Shown: positions 49,354 through 60,381, counted from the first letter of the stretch. The stretch: DNA of 64,000 nucleotides from Candidatus Caldarchaeales archaeon (GCA_039630055.1 JBCNVN010000001.1:96001-160000), one strand, 5' to 3'. Translations and numbers: made by a program. The notes: generated from the sequence alone by a model not told the origin.

Positions 49354-50307
49354 CTAAGGATTGAGAAGGTTTTGTAAAACCATTCTCCAAGCTTTCAGAA
49401 TATTCTCTCTATTATATCCTCCACCACCTAGAGCTAAGAGTCTACCACTACATCGTTCTTCAGATATCTTATGCAATCTTGAAGTCACATGTTCATGTAC
49501 TTTCTCACTATACATTAAGCCCGTTAAGGGGTCTCCGGAAAGTCCATCGGCTCCCGCCTGGAGTATTATAAACTCTGGGCTAAATCTATCGATAAACTCT
49601 TCAGCCATCCTCCAAGCTTCTAGAAACTCTTCATCCGATGAACCAGGCATTAATGGTATATTGAGCTTTGTCCCCTCAGCTTCTCCTCCACCTCTTTCAT
49701 GAGCGAAGCCTGTACCCGGATACAATGTTCTACCATCTTGATGTATATCGACCATTATCAGTTTTTTATTGAAGTAGTAATCGTAGAAGACCCCATCTCC
49801 ATGATGTGCATCTATATCTACGTAAAGAACTTGATCGAGCTTAACTATCTTGAGCAGATAACTTATCGCGACTGAAGCATCATTGAAGATGCAGAATCCT
49901 GCAGCCCTATCTCTACGAGCATGATGTAGTCCTCCTACGGGGTTGAACCCATGGTCTATTTCATCTTTGAGGATCATCTTCACTAGCTTGAGCGTCGAGC
50001 CAACAATATATGCCGATGCATCATAACATCCTTTGAAAGCAGGAGTATCTCCATAGTCTAGATATCCATATCCAGATTCAGACTTTCTCTTCACAAAGTC
50101 TATGTAATCGAGATCGTGATGTAGTAAGAGATCTTCTTCACTCGCCGATTCTAGATCAACGGTAAGAAGCTTATCAGGGTAGAGCTTTAAGAATTCTGAT
50201 AATACTTCTTCATAGAATCGCTTAACTCTATCATATCTGAATGGATGCGGGTCTGGGAAGGAGTAGAGAAAAGCCTTCTCACCGAAAATTACTCCAACTC
50301 TACACAT
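49354..50307 (-). CDS. Histone deacetylase family protein (AcuC-like)
   Basis: HP, DYGDTP, GGLHHA, GFCIFND, DIDAHHGDG, PGTG, GADG...DPL, GGGGY. Confidence 0.92.
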   Translation of the reverse strand: MCRVGVIFGEKAFLYSFPDPHPFRYDRVKRFYEEVLSEFLKLYPDKLLTVDLESASEEDLLLHHDLDYIDFVKRKSESGYGYLDYGDTPAFKGCYDASAYIVGSTLKLVKMILKDEIDHGFNPVGGLHHARRDRAAGFCIFNDASVAISYLLKIVKLDQVLYVDIDAHHGDGVFYDYYFNKKLIMVDIHQDGRTLYPGTGFAHERGGGEAEGTKLNIPLMPGSSDEEFLEAWRMAEEFIDRFSPEFIILQAGADGLSGDPLTGLMYSEKVHEHVTSRLHKISEERCSGRLLALGGGGYNRENILKAWRMVLQNLLNP

Positions 50308-50574
50308 AGTTTAATCTACTAATAAAGACCATGGAAATACGTTTATAAAATCTTATCTTATCCTACCATTATTACACTCATTAGAATATTTGTCAGCTTT
50401 TACATTTAATCAGTAGGTTAAAGAAAAAATATAAGATTGATTAGATAAGATGGGAAGATTTAGATTAGAATGATATGTGTAATAGCTATAGAGGGAGATC
50501 TTTATGGAAATAGAGATTCAAGGTAGAAACATTGAGTAAACATATATTTTTCTCTATCAATAACATATTGTTAG

Positions 50575-51045
50575 ATGAAGCCTACATATGATGAGAAGGA
50601 TCTAGAGATACTAAAGATTCTTCAAGAGAATGGTAGAGCATCTTACTCAGAGATAGCGAGGAAGCTGGGGCTGAGCGAGGCTGCAGTATATACTAGGATA
50701 CAGAAACTAATTAAGCAAGGGATCATAAAAGGATTTCAAGCGATACTAGACTCAGAGAAGATCGGGCTCAATCTTACAGCAATAATCGCTATAAAAGCAC
50801 AACCAACCAAGTATGAGAACGTTCTAAAAGAGCTCTCCCAGATGTCTGAGATATCTGAGATCTATGATGTAACGGGAGATTACTACTGCTTGATAAAGTT
50901 GAAGGTATCCAATAGAGAGTCTCTAGCAAAGTTTCTTGACAGAGTTGGCACCATGGATGGGGTTGTGGCCACAGACACGAGGATAGTATTACGAACCATT
51001 AAAGAATCACACGTGTTACCCTTAGACAGAATCATGAATCAATAG
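50575..51045 (+). CDS. Lrp/AsnC-family transcriptional regulator
   Basis: D..D..IL..LQ.NGR.SY.EIA..LG.SE..V..RI..L...GII; TG.Y in the RAM domain. Confidence 0.93.
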   Translation: MKPTYDEKDLEILKILQENGRASYSEIARKLGLSEAAVYTRIQKLIKQGIIKGFQAILDSEKIGLNLTAIIAIKAQPTKYENVLKELSQMSEISEIYDVTGDYYCLIKLKVSNRESLAKFLDRVGTMDGVVATDTRIVLRTIKESHVLPLDRIMNQ

Positions 51046-51083
51046 GTTTAAACTTCTCACTAACCGAGTCTTGTAAAAATAAC

Positions 51084-51890
51084 CTATATGAGTCCTCTAC
51101 TATCAAGTAGTTTGTATAGCTCCATTAAGTTCTCAGATGTATATTGGGGTCTATCATGAGGGGGAGCTCTCTCCAAGTCTTCTCTCCTCGTAACCCCTGA
51201 TAAGACTAGTGCGGTATCGGCTCCGATACTCTTACCTGAAGCTACATCGGTCTCAAGCCGATCACCTACAACCAATGTTCTCTCAGGACTGGCTGCAAAT
51301 CTCTCAAGAGCTAGATCCATAATGATCCTTGAAGGTTTACCGATAACGATCGGCTCTATACCCACGGAATACTTTACCGCTATAGCTATCGCTCCAGCTC
51401 CTGGATCTATTCCATCTTCAGAAGGTATCGTTAGATCAATGTTGGTTGCTAAGAATCTAGCTCCATTCATTATTGCTCTCGCAGCCGCCTTCAATTTTAA
51501 ATATGTTAATTCTCTATCCAATCCTACAACAACGTATTCTGCCTCTCTCCACTCCTCGATATTTAGAACTCTATGTTTCATTCTTCCACAGTACTCTATG
51601 AAGCCTCTCTCAGTTATAGGTAAGATCTTACTCGGCCCAGACTCTCTGAGTATGTATAATGAAGTTGCTTCACCAGATGTTAAGATCTCTTCTGGAGAAG
51701 ATTCTATTCCCATCTGCTTAAGTTTTAGAGCATAATCTTCAGAGGTTAACGTTGAATTATTTGTAAGAAACAATATCTTTAAGCCTCTTCTTCTAAAAAG
51801 ATCTAGAGCCTCTCTAGATCCCTTTATCAATTGATTTCCAATGTATACACAGCCATCGAGATCTAAGATTATCGCCTCATACTTCTTCAT
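51084..51890 (-). CDS. HAD-superfamily subfamily IIA hydrolase (NagD-like)
   Basis: DLDGC, LTNNS, ATN.D, GKPS, VGDRLETD, LV.SG.T. Confidence 0.92.
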   Translation of the reverse strand: MKKYEAIILDLDGCVYIGNQLIKGSREALDLFRRRGLKILFLTNNSTLTSEDYALKLKQMGIESSPEEILTSGEATSLYILRESGPSKILPITERGFIEYCGRMKHRVLNIEEWREAEYVVVGLDRELTYLKLKAAARAIMNGARFLATNIDLTIPSEDGIDPGAGAIAIAVKYSVGIEPIVIGKPSRIIMDLALERFAASPERTLVVGDRLETDVASGKSIGADTALVLSGVTRREDLERAPPHDRPQYTSENLMELYKLLDSRGLI

Positions 51891-52072
51891 AAATTCTCTA
51901 TTATTTCCTTGCCATAATCTTAAATCTTAAATTTTACTGTTATTAAATAGTCTCTAAAAAAATCTTAATCAACTTCTAATTAGATATGCAAATAGCATCA
52001 ATCTTCTTTCAAGAAATAAAAGAGAATTATATAAAGATTTGAGAAATTAGATGATTCGTTTTCTTAATATTT

Positions 52073-53842
52073 TTAGCTACGTACCGCATTCTTCCCCGCA
52101 ATGTATCCGAAGGTTACAGCTCTACTATGGCTTAGACCTGGAATTACAACAAGGGAATAATACTGTGAATAGAAACTTCCAGCAGCATTTCCCGCAGCAT
52201 ATAGTCCTGGTATAGGCTTACCCTCTTTATCTAATACTTGTAGCTTATTATTTACTTTTAATCCTCCACCTACCATGTTCAATAATACTACGATAGCTTG
52301 AATAGCGTAGAATGGTGGTTTTTCAACAGGTAACATGTATCTAGATGGCTTACCAAAATCTTCATCGACACCCTTCCTACATAACTCATTGTATCTCTCA
52401 ACCGTTTTCTTGAAAGTCTCTACAGGTACTTCCATCTTTTGTGCAAGTTCTTCTATAGTATTAGCTGTCACCGCTGCTTTATTCTGTAATACTCCTTCAA
52501 GAAACTCTCTACCAAGTGCTGGGTCGGTTATTCTTCGATAACCGCCTCCATGCCTGGTAACCTGTTCCTCCCAAGTAGAATCTAGTATAGCCCAGTACAT
52601 AGCTTTAGGCTGTTGTAAGACTCGATTGATAACCCACATCCAAGGAAGAGCTTCATTTGTAAAACGCTCTCCTAAAATGTTTACGAATAGGAATGGATTG
52701 CATATCAGCATGTATCCTTTGCCAGGACCGAAGCCTGCTAGAGAGCTTATAGCGAATCCTAAATCACCCCCTGTCATTATGTAGCAGAGTGGGCAATGTG
52801 GTGGTTCATCTAATGCGGCACCCACCCACAAACTCATTAACTGTCCATCTCCCGTATTTGTTGGAGTGATCATTGGATAGATTACCCTATTGGGCATATC
52901 TACCAGTCTTGCAACTTCAGGCGGAGCCCAAAGCTTTAAGAGGTCTTTGTTCGATGAATAATCACCTGTACAGAGGATTACTGCTTTATTAGCGTTAAAC
53001 TTTATATATCTTCCATTAGCATCTTGTGCAATAACTCCTGTAACTCTACCGGCCTTCACTCGAACAAGTTGAACAGCCGTTGTATTGTAATAGAATTTAG
53101 CTCCTTTATCTTTAGCTATCTTCTCCAGTAGTGGTGCAAGTTGAGCTACACCATCAAAATCTGTTTCATCACTAAATTTATATGTTGGTCTAGGCCAATC
53201 TTTCCACGCCTCTTCAAGATATGTCTTTGATCTAAGTACTTGAGCTGGGATACCATTAGCTCTTGCAAGGTCAGCAATAAAATCTACAATTTTTGAAGAA
53301 TTAGCCAACCATAGTCTAACAAGAGATTCATCAACCTTATTCCCTGATATTATATCAACCTGCTCTCGGACAGCCTTCTCGTAATCCACAGTGATCCCTG
53401 CCTCTTTAAAGAGCTTGCCAGCTGGCCCAGGATTAATGTGTGCTCCTCTAACATTAGGACCTTTATGCTTCTCTATAACGACTGTTGCAGCCTTCTCCTC
53501 AGCTGCTGAATATGCAGCCATCAATCCAGCTAGACCAGCACCTACGATTACAACATCAGCAGTAATTGTTTCAGCTATCCTTTCATCTGGTATTGGTGGT
53601 GGAGGAGTGAGTATCCCAGGCTCAGCTGTAACCGTTGTTGTAGTAGTTGATATTTGAGTTATAGTTGTTGGCTTAGTTAAAGTTGTTGTCTCAGTCTTTG
53701 TCTCAGTAATTTTTATCTCTCTTGGAAATGCTTGACTTCCAATTATTCCACCAACAACTAGTCCTGCAACACCTGCAGCAGTTGCAGATAAGAAAACTCT
53801 ACGAGAAACACTAGCTTTCTTCTCAGAAGCTTCTCCGCTCAT
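52073..53842 (-). CDS. Tat-exported FAD-dependent oxidoreductase (fumarate reductase/flavocytochrome c flavoprotein superfamily), substrate unknown
   Basis: SRRVFL + hydrophobic helix, Thr-rich linker, DVVIVGAGLAG, LCTGD, NTGDG, G.RF.NE, T..RYN, D.DFGK, PPFYA, IPGLYAAGN. Confidence 0.88.
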   Translation of the reverse strand: MSGEASEKKASVSRRVFLSATAAGVAGLVVGGIIGSQAFPREIKITETKTETTTLTKPTTITQISTTTTTVTAEPGILTPPPPIPDERIAETITADVVIVGAGLAGLMAAYSAAEEKAATVVIEKHKGPNVRGAHINPGPAGKLFKEAGITVDYEKAVREQVDIISGNKVDESLVRLWLANSSKIVDFIADLARANGIPAQVLRSKTYLEEAWKDWPRPTYKFSDETDFDGVAQLAPLLEKIAKDKGAKFYYNTTAVQLVRVKAGRVTGVIAQDANGRYIKFNANKAVILCTGDYSSNKDLLKLWAPPEVARLVDMPNRVIYPMITPTNTGDGQLMSLWVGAALDEPPHCPLCYIMTGGDLGFAISSLAGFGPGKGYMLICNPFLFVNILGERFTNEALPWMWVINRVLQQPKAMYWAILDSTWEEQVTRHGGGYRRITDPALGREFLEGVLQNKAAVTANTIEELAQKMEVPVETFKKTVERYNELCRKGVDEDFGKPSRYMLPVEKPPFYAIQAIVVLLNMVGGGLKVNNKLQVLDKEGKPIPGLYAAGNAAGSFYSQYYSLVVIPGLSHSRAVTFGYIAGKNAVRS

Positions 53843-54106
53843 GTATCTTTATTGTTTCATGTTTAATTTAAGATTTGTGATATATAATGTTCTTATCTCA
53901 AAGGTAAATAATGTAAATACATGTTAAAGATAAGATTTTCTTTCTAATAGAGTTGATTCCACACGAACCCCCTAGATTTAATACAACTTTTGAAAATAAA
54001 GACGTTATCTATATGATATTTGCTGATAGAATACAAAATATTTTTCCACTATAGAAACATGATCATCTTCTTGATAGTTAATAGAATTGAATTTTTTAGA
54101 TGATAT

Positions 54107-54457
54107 CTAATAACATTTTAGAAAAATCGGGTATGGTGCTGTCCCTATCCCATGCCATGCATGAACCATCACACAATGAGGTCTAGGCTCAATTTGTGCA
54201 CCTATCCAATAAGCCATTAGATGACCGTCACCTATAGGTGTAGGCATTCCAAAAATGTTCCTTAAATCTAGTAGCTTAGCAAATTCTTCTGATAGAAAAT
54301 ATTCAACCATCGCTCTATTGCCGCCATAATCTCCAGTTGAAAGTATTATACTTCTTCTAGCTTTGAATCTTACATATTTTTCATCTTTTGTTTGAGCTAT
54401 TACAGCTTTAACTCTACCGTTATCAGGTCTTTCAAGTCTTACTGTTTTTGTATCATA
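54107..54457 (-). pseudogene. Internal fragment of a second FAD-dependent oxidoreductase paralog
   Basis: In-frame YDTKTVRLERPDNGRVKAVIAQTKDEKYVRFKARRSIILSTGDYGGNRAMVEY...GDGHLMAYWIGAQIEPRPHC aligns to the middle of the 52073-53842 protein. It has no N-terminus (upstream in-frame TGA) and ends prematurely. Confidence 0.82.
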
Positions 54458-55272
54458 GCTTCTCCTATCTCTTCAATTAATTGAATGCCCTCAACTGGAT
54501 CCATAGCACATAGACTTGTAGCTAGAGCATCTGCTACCGAGGCTTTTTTGTAATTACAGTTGCACTAACTACTTAACTACTTGCTAATTTCTTTATATGG
54601 GAATTCAAAATATGAGGAAAAATTCCTTTACTATCTTGCGTTCATAATTACCACTTGACGCAATAGAACAATTAAATATCTTTAATCTTGAGATAGATAC
54701 TTTTATCTTTCTTAAATGGATTTCTTATCACTATTCTCCAAGATTCTTTATCTGTTCTTCCACCTATGGCTCTCAAATCTCCTCCTGCAATTATCAACGC
54801 ATGGTTAACCTTTTGTTTTACTAAATACTCTGATACTAAATCGACAGCATATCCTTTTGCTATACTATTCAAAACTATCTTCATGCCTTTCTTTAGGAAT
54901 TTTATGTTTTCTCCATGTATTTCAATGGATGAATAGTCAACTAGATCTAGAATACTATCCAATTCTTCTTCATTTAAATAATCGCTCTTTTTATCAACAT
55001 ATTCTAAAAGTGGAAGTATGGATACATCATACACTCCTCTAGTTATTTTGCTAATCCTTATAGCTTCTCTTAAAACAGATATCAACTCCATACTAGCAGA
55101 TTCTAGAAATCCCTGTTTACTTAATCTACCAACCTCCCTGTTATCATCATATATACTCATGATGTTCTCGATGTGTTTAAATTCGTTAAATGCTTCATCG
55201 ATTCATTTTTTTAGCATAATCTATGTTATCATTGATGATAGTTATTGAAATGACTGTGCCCATCAAGAACAT
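54455..55272 (-). pseudogene. apbE: FAD:protein FMN transferase (ApbE) pseudogene
   Basis: Pieces in shifting frames: LMGTVISI, a shift near 55203, then IDEAF..IE..MS, G.YDVSI.PL, IAKGYAVD, GGDL, W.I.I.NP, then IASSGNYER, PHILN, an in-frame TAA, SATVI, ADALAT. Confidence 0.88.
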
Positions 55273-55461
55273 AGATTTCTTAATATTAACATGGTTATTT
55301 ATCCGATATTATGAAAACAAATTCCAGCTAAAACTCCATGTAGAGATTGAGACATTTTTATCTATAGACTTAAAGTTATGCCCCTTCACGAGTAATCTTT
55401 TTTACTACATGTTTAGGCTAAGTGTAGAGGATGAACCCGAGTTTTTAGGAGAAGAGTTTTT

Positions 55462-55794
55462 ATGAAGTATGGAGAGAGCAGGGCAGTAAGCAGGTTTATT
55501 AGAAAGATAACGGTCGAGAACCTCTGGATATATGTATTGAGTTTATTGAAAGAAGAACCAGTATATGGTTATGAGATAAGAGATAAGATCTTTAAAAAGT
55601 TTAACTTTAAACCAGGTAAAATAACATGTTATGTCGTACTCTATAAACTTGAGAGAGAAGGTCTTATCTCATCTAAAGAAATAGATGAGAAAAGTAGGGG
55701 CGCGCCTCGAAGATACTATACAATCACTGATAAGGGTTTGAGAGAACTTGAGAGAGCTAAGAAATTCTTAAAAGTGATTTTAAGCTCTATCTGA
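55462..55794 (+). CDS. PadR-family transcriptional regulator
   Basis: VLSLL...P.YGYEI, Y.VLYKLE.EGLI, RRYY.IT.KG. Confidence 0.9.
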   Translation: MKYGESRAVSRFIRKITVENLWIYVLSLLKEEPVYGYEIRDKIFKKFNFKPGKITCYVVLYKLEREGLISSKEIDEKSRGAPRRYYTITDKGLRELERAKKFLKVILSSI

Positions 55795-55821
55795 TATCTC
55801 ATATTTGAGAAAAGAAGAGTC

Positions 55822-55859
55822 CCGTGACCGGTATTTTATAATACTATTTCACGGTCATG
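55822..55859. promoter_or_regulatory. Imperfect inverted repeat upstream of the ino1 TATA box
   Basis: CCGTGACCG-GTATT TTAT AATAC-TATT-TCACGGTCATG. The arms can pair as TGACCG/CGGTCA or CCGTGA/TCACGG; TATA-like cttatat follows at about 55865. Confidence 0.45.
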
Positions 55860-55895
55860 AAATACTTATATCCCACTAACAACATATGATAATAT

Positions 55896-56975
55896 ATGCC
55901 GAAAGTAAAAGTCGCTATTATAGGTGTAGGTAACTGTGCCTCAGCCTTGGTTCAAGGAGTCTATTATTATAGAGATGTAGATGAGGACGCCTTTGTACCA
56001 GGACTCATGCATGTTAGACTAGGACCATACCATGTGGGAGATATAGAATTTGTAGCTGCATTCGACATCGATAAAAATAAGGTTGGTAAAGATATTTCTG
56101 AAGCGATCTTCTCTCCACCAAACTGTACGTTAAAATTTTCAGAAGTACCAAAATTAGGGGTCTATGTATCTCGAGGGATGACTCATGATAGTCTCGGAAA
56201 ATATCTATCACAGGTAATAGAGAAGCATCCATCTCCCACGGTAGATGTTGTAGATGTCTTAAAGAGTAGTGGAGCTGAAGTCGTGGTTAACTTCCTCCCA
56301 GTTGGAAGTGAATCAGCAACAAAGTGGTATGTAGAACAAGTACTTGATGCGAAAGCTGCATTCGTTAATGGTATTCCTGTCTTTATAGCTAGGGAACCGA
56401 GATGGCAAGAGATATTCACTAAGAGAGGTGTACCTATTATCGGAGATGATGTTAAGAGTCAGGTTGGGGCCACAATACTTCATAGATATCTGGTGAAACT
56501 ATTTCTGGATAGAGGTGTAAAAATAGAGAGAACTTATCAATTGAACTTTGGAGGAAATACCGATTTTCTAAACATGCTGGAAAGAGAGAGGCTTACATCT
56601 AAGAAGATTTCTAAGACGGACGCTGTGAAGAGCTTGATACCCTATAACCTTCCCGATGAGAATATCCATATAGGTCCAAGCGACTATGTTCAATGGCTTA
56701 CAGATAGGAAATGGGCATACATAAGGATTGAGGGATCAGCTTTTGGGGGAGCCCCATTAAGCATTGAAGCAAAGCTCGAAGTATGGGATAGCCCGAATTC
56801 AGCAGGCGTAGTCATAGATGCAATCAGATGTGCGAAGATCGGTCTAGATAGAGGTATATCAGGACCCCTCATAAGCCCTTCAGCATACTTCATGAAGTCT
56901 CCTCCTATCCAGTATCCAGACGAAGTTGCAAGAGAGATGGTTGAAGAATTTATTCAAGGTAAGAGAGAAAGATGA
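55896..56975 (+). CDS. ino1: myo-Inositol-1-phosphate synthase
   Basis: [59 protein letters not shown]. Confidence 0.95.
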   Translation: MPKVKVAIIGVGNCASALVQGVYYYRDVDEDAFVPGLMHVRLGPYHVGDIEFVAAFDIDKNKVGKDISEAIFSPPNCTLKFSEVPKLGVYVSRGMTHDSLGKYLSQVIEKHPSPTVDVVDVLKSSGAEVVVNFLPVGSESATKWYVEQVLDAKAAFVNGIPVFIAREPRWQEIFTKRGVPIIGDDVKSQVGATILHRYLVKLFLDRGVKIERTYQLNFGGNTDFLNMLERERLTSKKISKTDAVKSLIPYNLPDENIHIGPSDYVQWLTDRKWAYIRIEGSAFGGAPLSIEAKLEVWDSPNSAGVVIDAIRCAKIGLDRGISGPLISPSAYFMKSPPIQYPDEVAREMVEEFIQGKRER

Positions 56976-57030
56976 GAAAATTCCAGCATTCCTGAATACA
57001 AGATTGCATATCTCACATTTTTTAAACCAG

Positions 57031-58119
57031 CTAATTGCTAGCATTAATCATGGTGAGAAGTTCATCTAACCTGTTACAGCATACTCTTTTTAAGAACATC
57101 TCTAAAGATGATTCTTTCACTGCATCCATAATCTCATATATATATTTATCGTTAATATTTTCCATGGACTTGTAAGCTTCTTCAAAAGATATGGCTGGAT
57201 CTCTGAAACTGGGATAGACTCCGTAAAGCTGGATAGATGCAACTACTAGAAATCTTAGAGTCTGTAGACCAACCCCTCTCCATGATAATAATTCCTCAAA
57301 ATTTCTAGGCTGTACCTCTGCCAGAGACTGTATAATCTTCCATTTGATCCTAGGTATATCGAGTCTAACCTCTCCCTCAACTTCTTCTAGATTTGTTAAG
57401 GTTAGCTGACCTCCATCTAGTCGGGTCTCATAAAATTTCTTTAATTTCCTAAAATCACAAGTTACCAACTCTAAACATGTCTTCTGACAGTCTCTACTTT
57501 TAGTACTAGTCATGTCTACTACTACTCTCTCCCTCTGTGTTGAGATTATCCCGGTATGCGGTTCTTCTACGAAGCTTTTAACTTTAATGGATGACCAGTG
57601 GTATCTTCTAACAAGCCCCTCCAGACTTCTTATGCCCTGCTGGATCACAGTCCACTCTCCATCTTTCGATATTATCATTAGATGAAAGTATAGGGGGAAG
57701 CCATCCTGAATCGCTACATCGTCAACTTTAGCAACCATGCGGCTTGCATATTTGAGATACTCTAAGATTTCATGGTCGAATGCAAAAGCTTCTGAAATAC
57801 TATCTAGCTCTGCGGGAACCCTGTAGCCTTCAAGCCTCTTTCCTCCCACTATGGCCAAGCCCACTACAGGTCTTAATGTATTCTTTAGAATAGTTGCTAT
57901 TATCGTGGTTGCGCCTCCTTGTAGCTCATCTAGGAATGAGGCTACTGATAGAGCATCGAAAAATATTGGTGAAGCAAGATTTCTCTGAAATCTCTTTACA
58001 CCATATAGATTAATATATGATTCGACTGTAGCGGTTAAGATCTTCTCAGCTCTTCTAAAATACCATTTAGGCCGAGGTCTATAATGTATCTCTAGTTCTC
58101 TTAAGCCACTTCTATACAT
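57031..58119 (-). CDS. DUF763-family protein (divergent)
   Basis: GGK, SRMVAKVD..AIQDG..LY.H, G.W.VIQQG, RRYHW, SFVEEPH.GI, P.NFEELL...GVG..T.R.L, S..DPA. Confidence 0.78.
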   Translation of the reverse strand: MYRSGLRELEIHYRPRPKWYFRRAEKILTATVESYINLYGVKRFQRNLASPIFFDALSVASFLDELQGGATTIIATILKNTLRPVVGLAIVGGKRLEGYRVPAELDSISEAFAFDHEILEYLKYASRMVAKVDDVAIQDGFPLYFHLMIISKDGEWTVIQQGIRSLEGLVRRYHWSSIKVKSFVEEPHTGIISTQRERVVVDMTSTKSRDCQKTCLELVTCDFRKLKKFYETRLDGGQLTLTNLEEVEGEVRLDIPRIKWKIIQSLAEVQPRNFEELLSWRGVGLQTLRFLVVASIQLYGVYPSFRDPAISFEEAYKSMENINDKYIYEIMDAVKESSLEMFLKRVCCNRLDELLTMINASN

Positions 58120-58224
58120 CCATGATCTATAGAATGTGGGAGAGATTAATCTCTTCCTTTTTTAGAAGGCTCGATAATATACGCTGGTACTACATCTTTA
58201 TCCTAATACATTTCTCGAAGAAAA

Positions 58225-58470
58225 TTAAAGATATTTATCGGGGTCATTATCACGTGTTTGACATGATTTATATTGAATTTTTACATATCTCTTTACAATA
58301 ACATAATACAAAATTATTACAAGACTTATAATCGAGGGAAGCTGGAAAGCAAAAAATAGAAAGATAGGTTGTATTATAGGAGACCCAAAGACTTGGTACA
58401 TTGTTAAGAATAGGGTTAATATGGAGAGCACAAGGAAGGCTAGGATCCATGATAGTAATTGTTCATCCAC
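58225..58470 (-). CDS. Small 2-TM membrane protein
   Basis: Two hydrophobic segments; starts 2 nt after the rpoK stop, so probably co-transcribed. Confidence 0.5.
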   Translation of the reverse strand: MDEQLLSWILAFLVLSILTLFLTMYQVFGSPIIQPIFLFFAFQLPSIISLVIILYYVIVKRYVKIQYKSCQTRDNDPDKYL

Positions 58471-58472
58471 CG

Positions 58473-58745
58473 CTATTCAGCCTTCTGCTCGATCGGTTTC
58501 GGTTTAATTATTTCATTGACGGGTATATCAACACTAGTTCCATCAGGTTTTCTTCTACGGATGATGATAGGCAGGACGCCTGCCTCAAGTTCTCTCTTAG
58601 CGATATCGATGGGAGTGTCTCCGGGCTCTACTTTTACGAGTGGAAAGGCACCTAGAGATAATTGAAGCGCTCTTCCTCCAACGATCCTAGCAATCTCATA
58701 TCTTGTTAGAGGTCTCCTATAGTATTCGTTTTCAATCTTCTCCAA
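58473..58745 (-). CDS. rpoK: DNA-directed RNA polymerase subunit K (Rpo6)
   Basis: [27 protein letters not shown]....LP.IIRR..PDG. The likely TTG start overlaps the thermosome 3' end (the ORF track starts at 58793). Confidence 0.93.
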   Translation of the reverse strand: MEKIENEYYRRPLTRYEIARIVGGRALQLSLGAFPLVKVEPGDTPIDIAKRELEAGVLPIIIRRRKPDGTSVDIPVNEIIKPKPIEQKAE

Positions 58746-60381
58746 GCTCGGTTTCTTCCTTCTCTTTCTCCTTTCCAGGCTTCTTTTCTTCAAGTTTAGA
58801 TGCAGCTATAATATCATCGATCTTCAATATCATCGAGGCTGCTTCAACCGCAGACTTTACTACCTGCTTTTTAACTAGTACTGGCTCAATCACATCTAGC
58901 TTCCACATATCTTCTATCTTTCCAGCGAAGACGTTTACTCCATCCCACTTATGGCCTTCCTTATGTCTAGCTCTCAAGTTTACTATGGTCTCGATAGAAT
59001 CCATCCCTGAGCTCTCGGCCAACTGGCTTGGAACAATCTCTAAGGCGTCAGCGAACTTCTCTACAGCCAGCTGCTCTTTACCTGCTAACGTCTTAGAATA
59101 GTCTCTCAAGCCTAAGGCTACTTCTATCTCTGGAGATCCTCCACCTGCAACTACCTTACCCTCTACGACTACATCTTTAACAACGTTCAATGCATCCTTA
59201 ACAGAGCGTTCAGCCTCATCGACTATCCTCTTAGTTCCACCTCTTATTAATATTGTGATAGACTTCGGATTATCGCACCCCTCGATAAAGACCATCTTGT
59301 CTTCGCCAACCCTCCTCTCCTCAACCAGACTTGCCTTGCCAAGATCTTTCTCTGTCAGCTCTTCGATTCTTGTAACAACTCTTCCACCAGCGGCCTTAGC
59401 CAATTTATCCATATCGGATTTCTTTATTCTTCTAACAGCCATTATTCCCTTTCTCGCTAGGAAGTGTTGAGCTATATCATCTATGCCTTTTTGACATAAT
59501 ACTACATTTGCTCCTGTAGCTGCTATCTTCTCAACCATCTCCCTAAGCATATCTTCTTCTTGCTTCATGAAGGCTCTCATCTGCTCCGGACTCTCTATGT
59601 TGAGTTTAGCATCGAACTCTGTCTTCTCGATCTCTAGGGAAGCATCTAGTAAAACTATCTTAGCATTACGAACTATCTTCGGCATTCCAGGATGAACTAC
59701 TTCCTTGTCAAGTACTATACCTTCAATTAGAGTTGTGTCTCTCAGTGAACCTCCTTCCTTCTTCTCAATCTTTACATCATCTAGATCTACTCTCCATTTA
59801 CCTTCCACCTGTTCTGCCACCTTCAAGACTGCCTCCACAGCAATCTGAGCAAGATAATCTGCTTCTTCACCGACGAGTTTACTGATCATCGCTGTTTTAG
59901 CTACTTTCTTGAGTATCTCTCTATCCGTCGGATTTACTGGAACCGCTATATTATCGTAGAGTTCCAATGCTTTAACAGCTGCTTTCTTATAACCTTCTAT
60001 TATTAAGCTTGGATGGACTTCTTTCTCGATCAAGTCTTCAGCCTTTGCAAGTAGTTCTCCTGCAAGTACTACTGAGGTTGTGGTGCCGTCTCCGACTTCA
60101 GCATCCTGTGCCTTAGCCACTTCTACAAGCATCTTTGCAACAGGATGCTCTACATCCATCTCTTTCAAAATTGTAGCTCCATCATTTGTTATTACTACAT
60201 CTCCAAAGCTATCTACCAGCATCTTATCCATGCCTCTAGGCCCGAGAGATGACCTCATGGTTTCAGCGATGACTTTTGCCACCATAATATTTGATAGTTG
60301 GGCATCTCTACCCCTTGATCTGGCTGTCCCCTCTTTTAAAACTATTACAGGTACCCCTCCACTTGCAGAAGGTGCTGCCAT
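58732..60381 (-). CDS. ths: Thermosome (group II chaperonin) subunit
   Basis: [47 protein letters not shown]. Confidence 0.97.
   Translation of the reverse strand: MAAPSASGGVPVIVLKEGTARSRGRDAQLSNIMVAKVIAETMRSSLGPRGMDKMLVDSFGDVVITNDGATILKEMDVEHPVAKMLVEVAKAQDAEVGDGTTTSVVLAGELLAKAEDLIEKEVHPSLIIEGYKKAAVKALELYDNIAVPVNPTDREILKKVAKTAMISKLVGEEADYLAQIAVEAVLKVAEQVEGKWRVDLDDVKIEKKEGGSLRDTTLIEGIVLDKEVVHPGMPKIVRNAKIVLLDASLEIEKTEFDAKLNIESPEQMRAFMKQEEDMLREMVEKIAATGANVVLCQKGIDDIAQHFLARKGIMAVRRIKKSDMDKLAKAAGGRVVTRIEELTEKDLGKASLVEERRVGEDKMVFIEGCDNPKSITILIRGGTKRIVDEAERSVKDALNVVKDVVVEGKVVAGGGSPEIEVALGLRDYSKTLAGKEQLAVEKFADALEIVPSQLAESSGMDSIETIVNLRARHKEGHKWDGVNVFAGKIEDMWKLDVIEPVLVKKQVVKSAVEAASMILKIDDIIAASKLEEKKPGKEKEKEETELGED

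Noticed and set aside
55223-55465. 80-aa plus-strand ORF upstream of padR
   Set aside because: Partly antisense to the apbE pseudogene 5' end, with no recognisable motif.
58746-58793. Basic N-terminal extension of RpoK ([14 protein letters not shown])
   Set aside because: Alternative-frame reading of the thermosome's Lys/Glu tail; the TTG at 58745 is the more plausible start.
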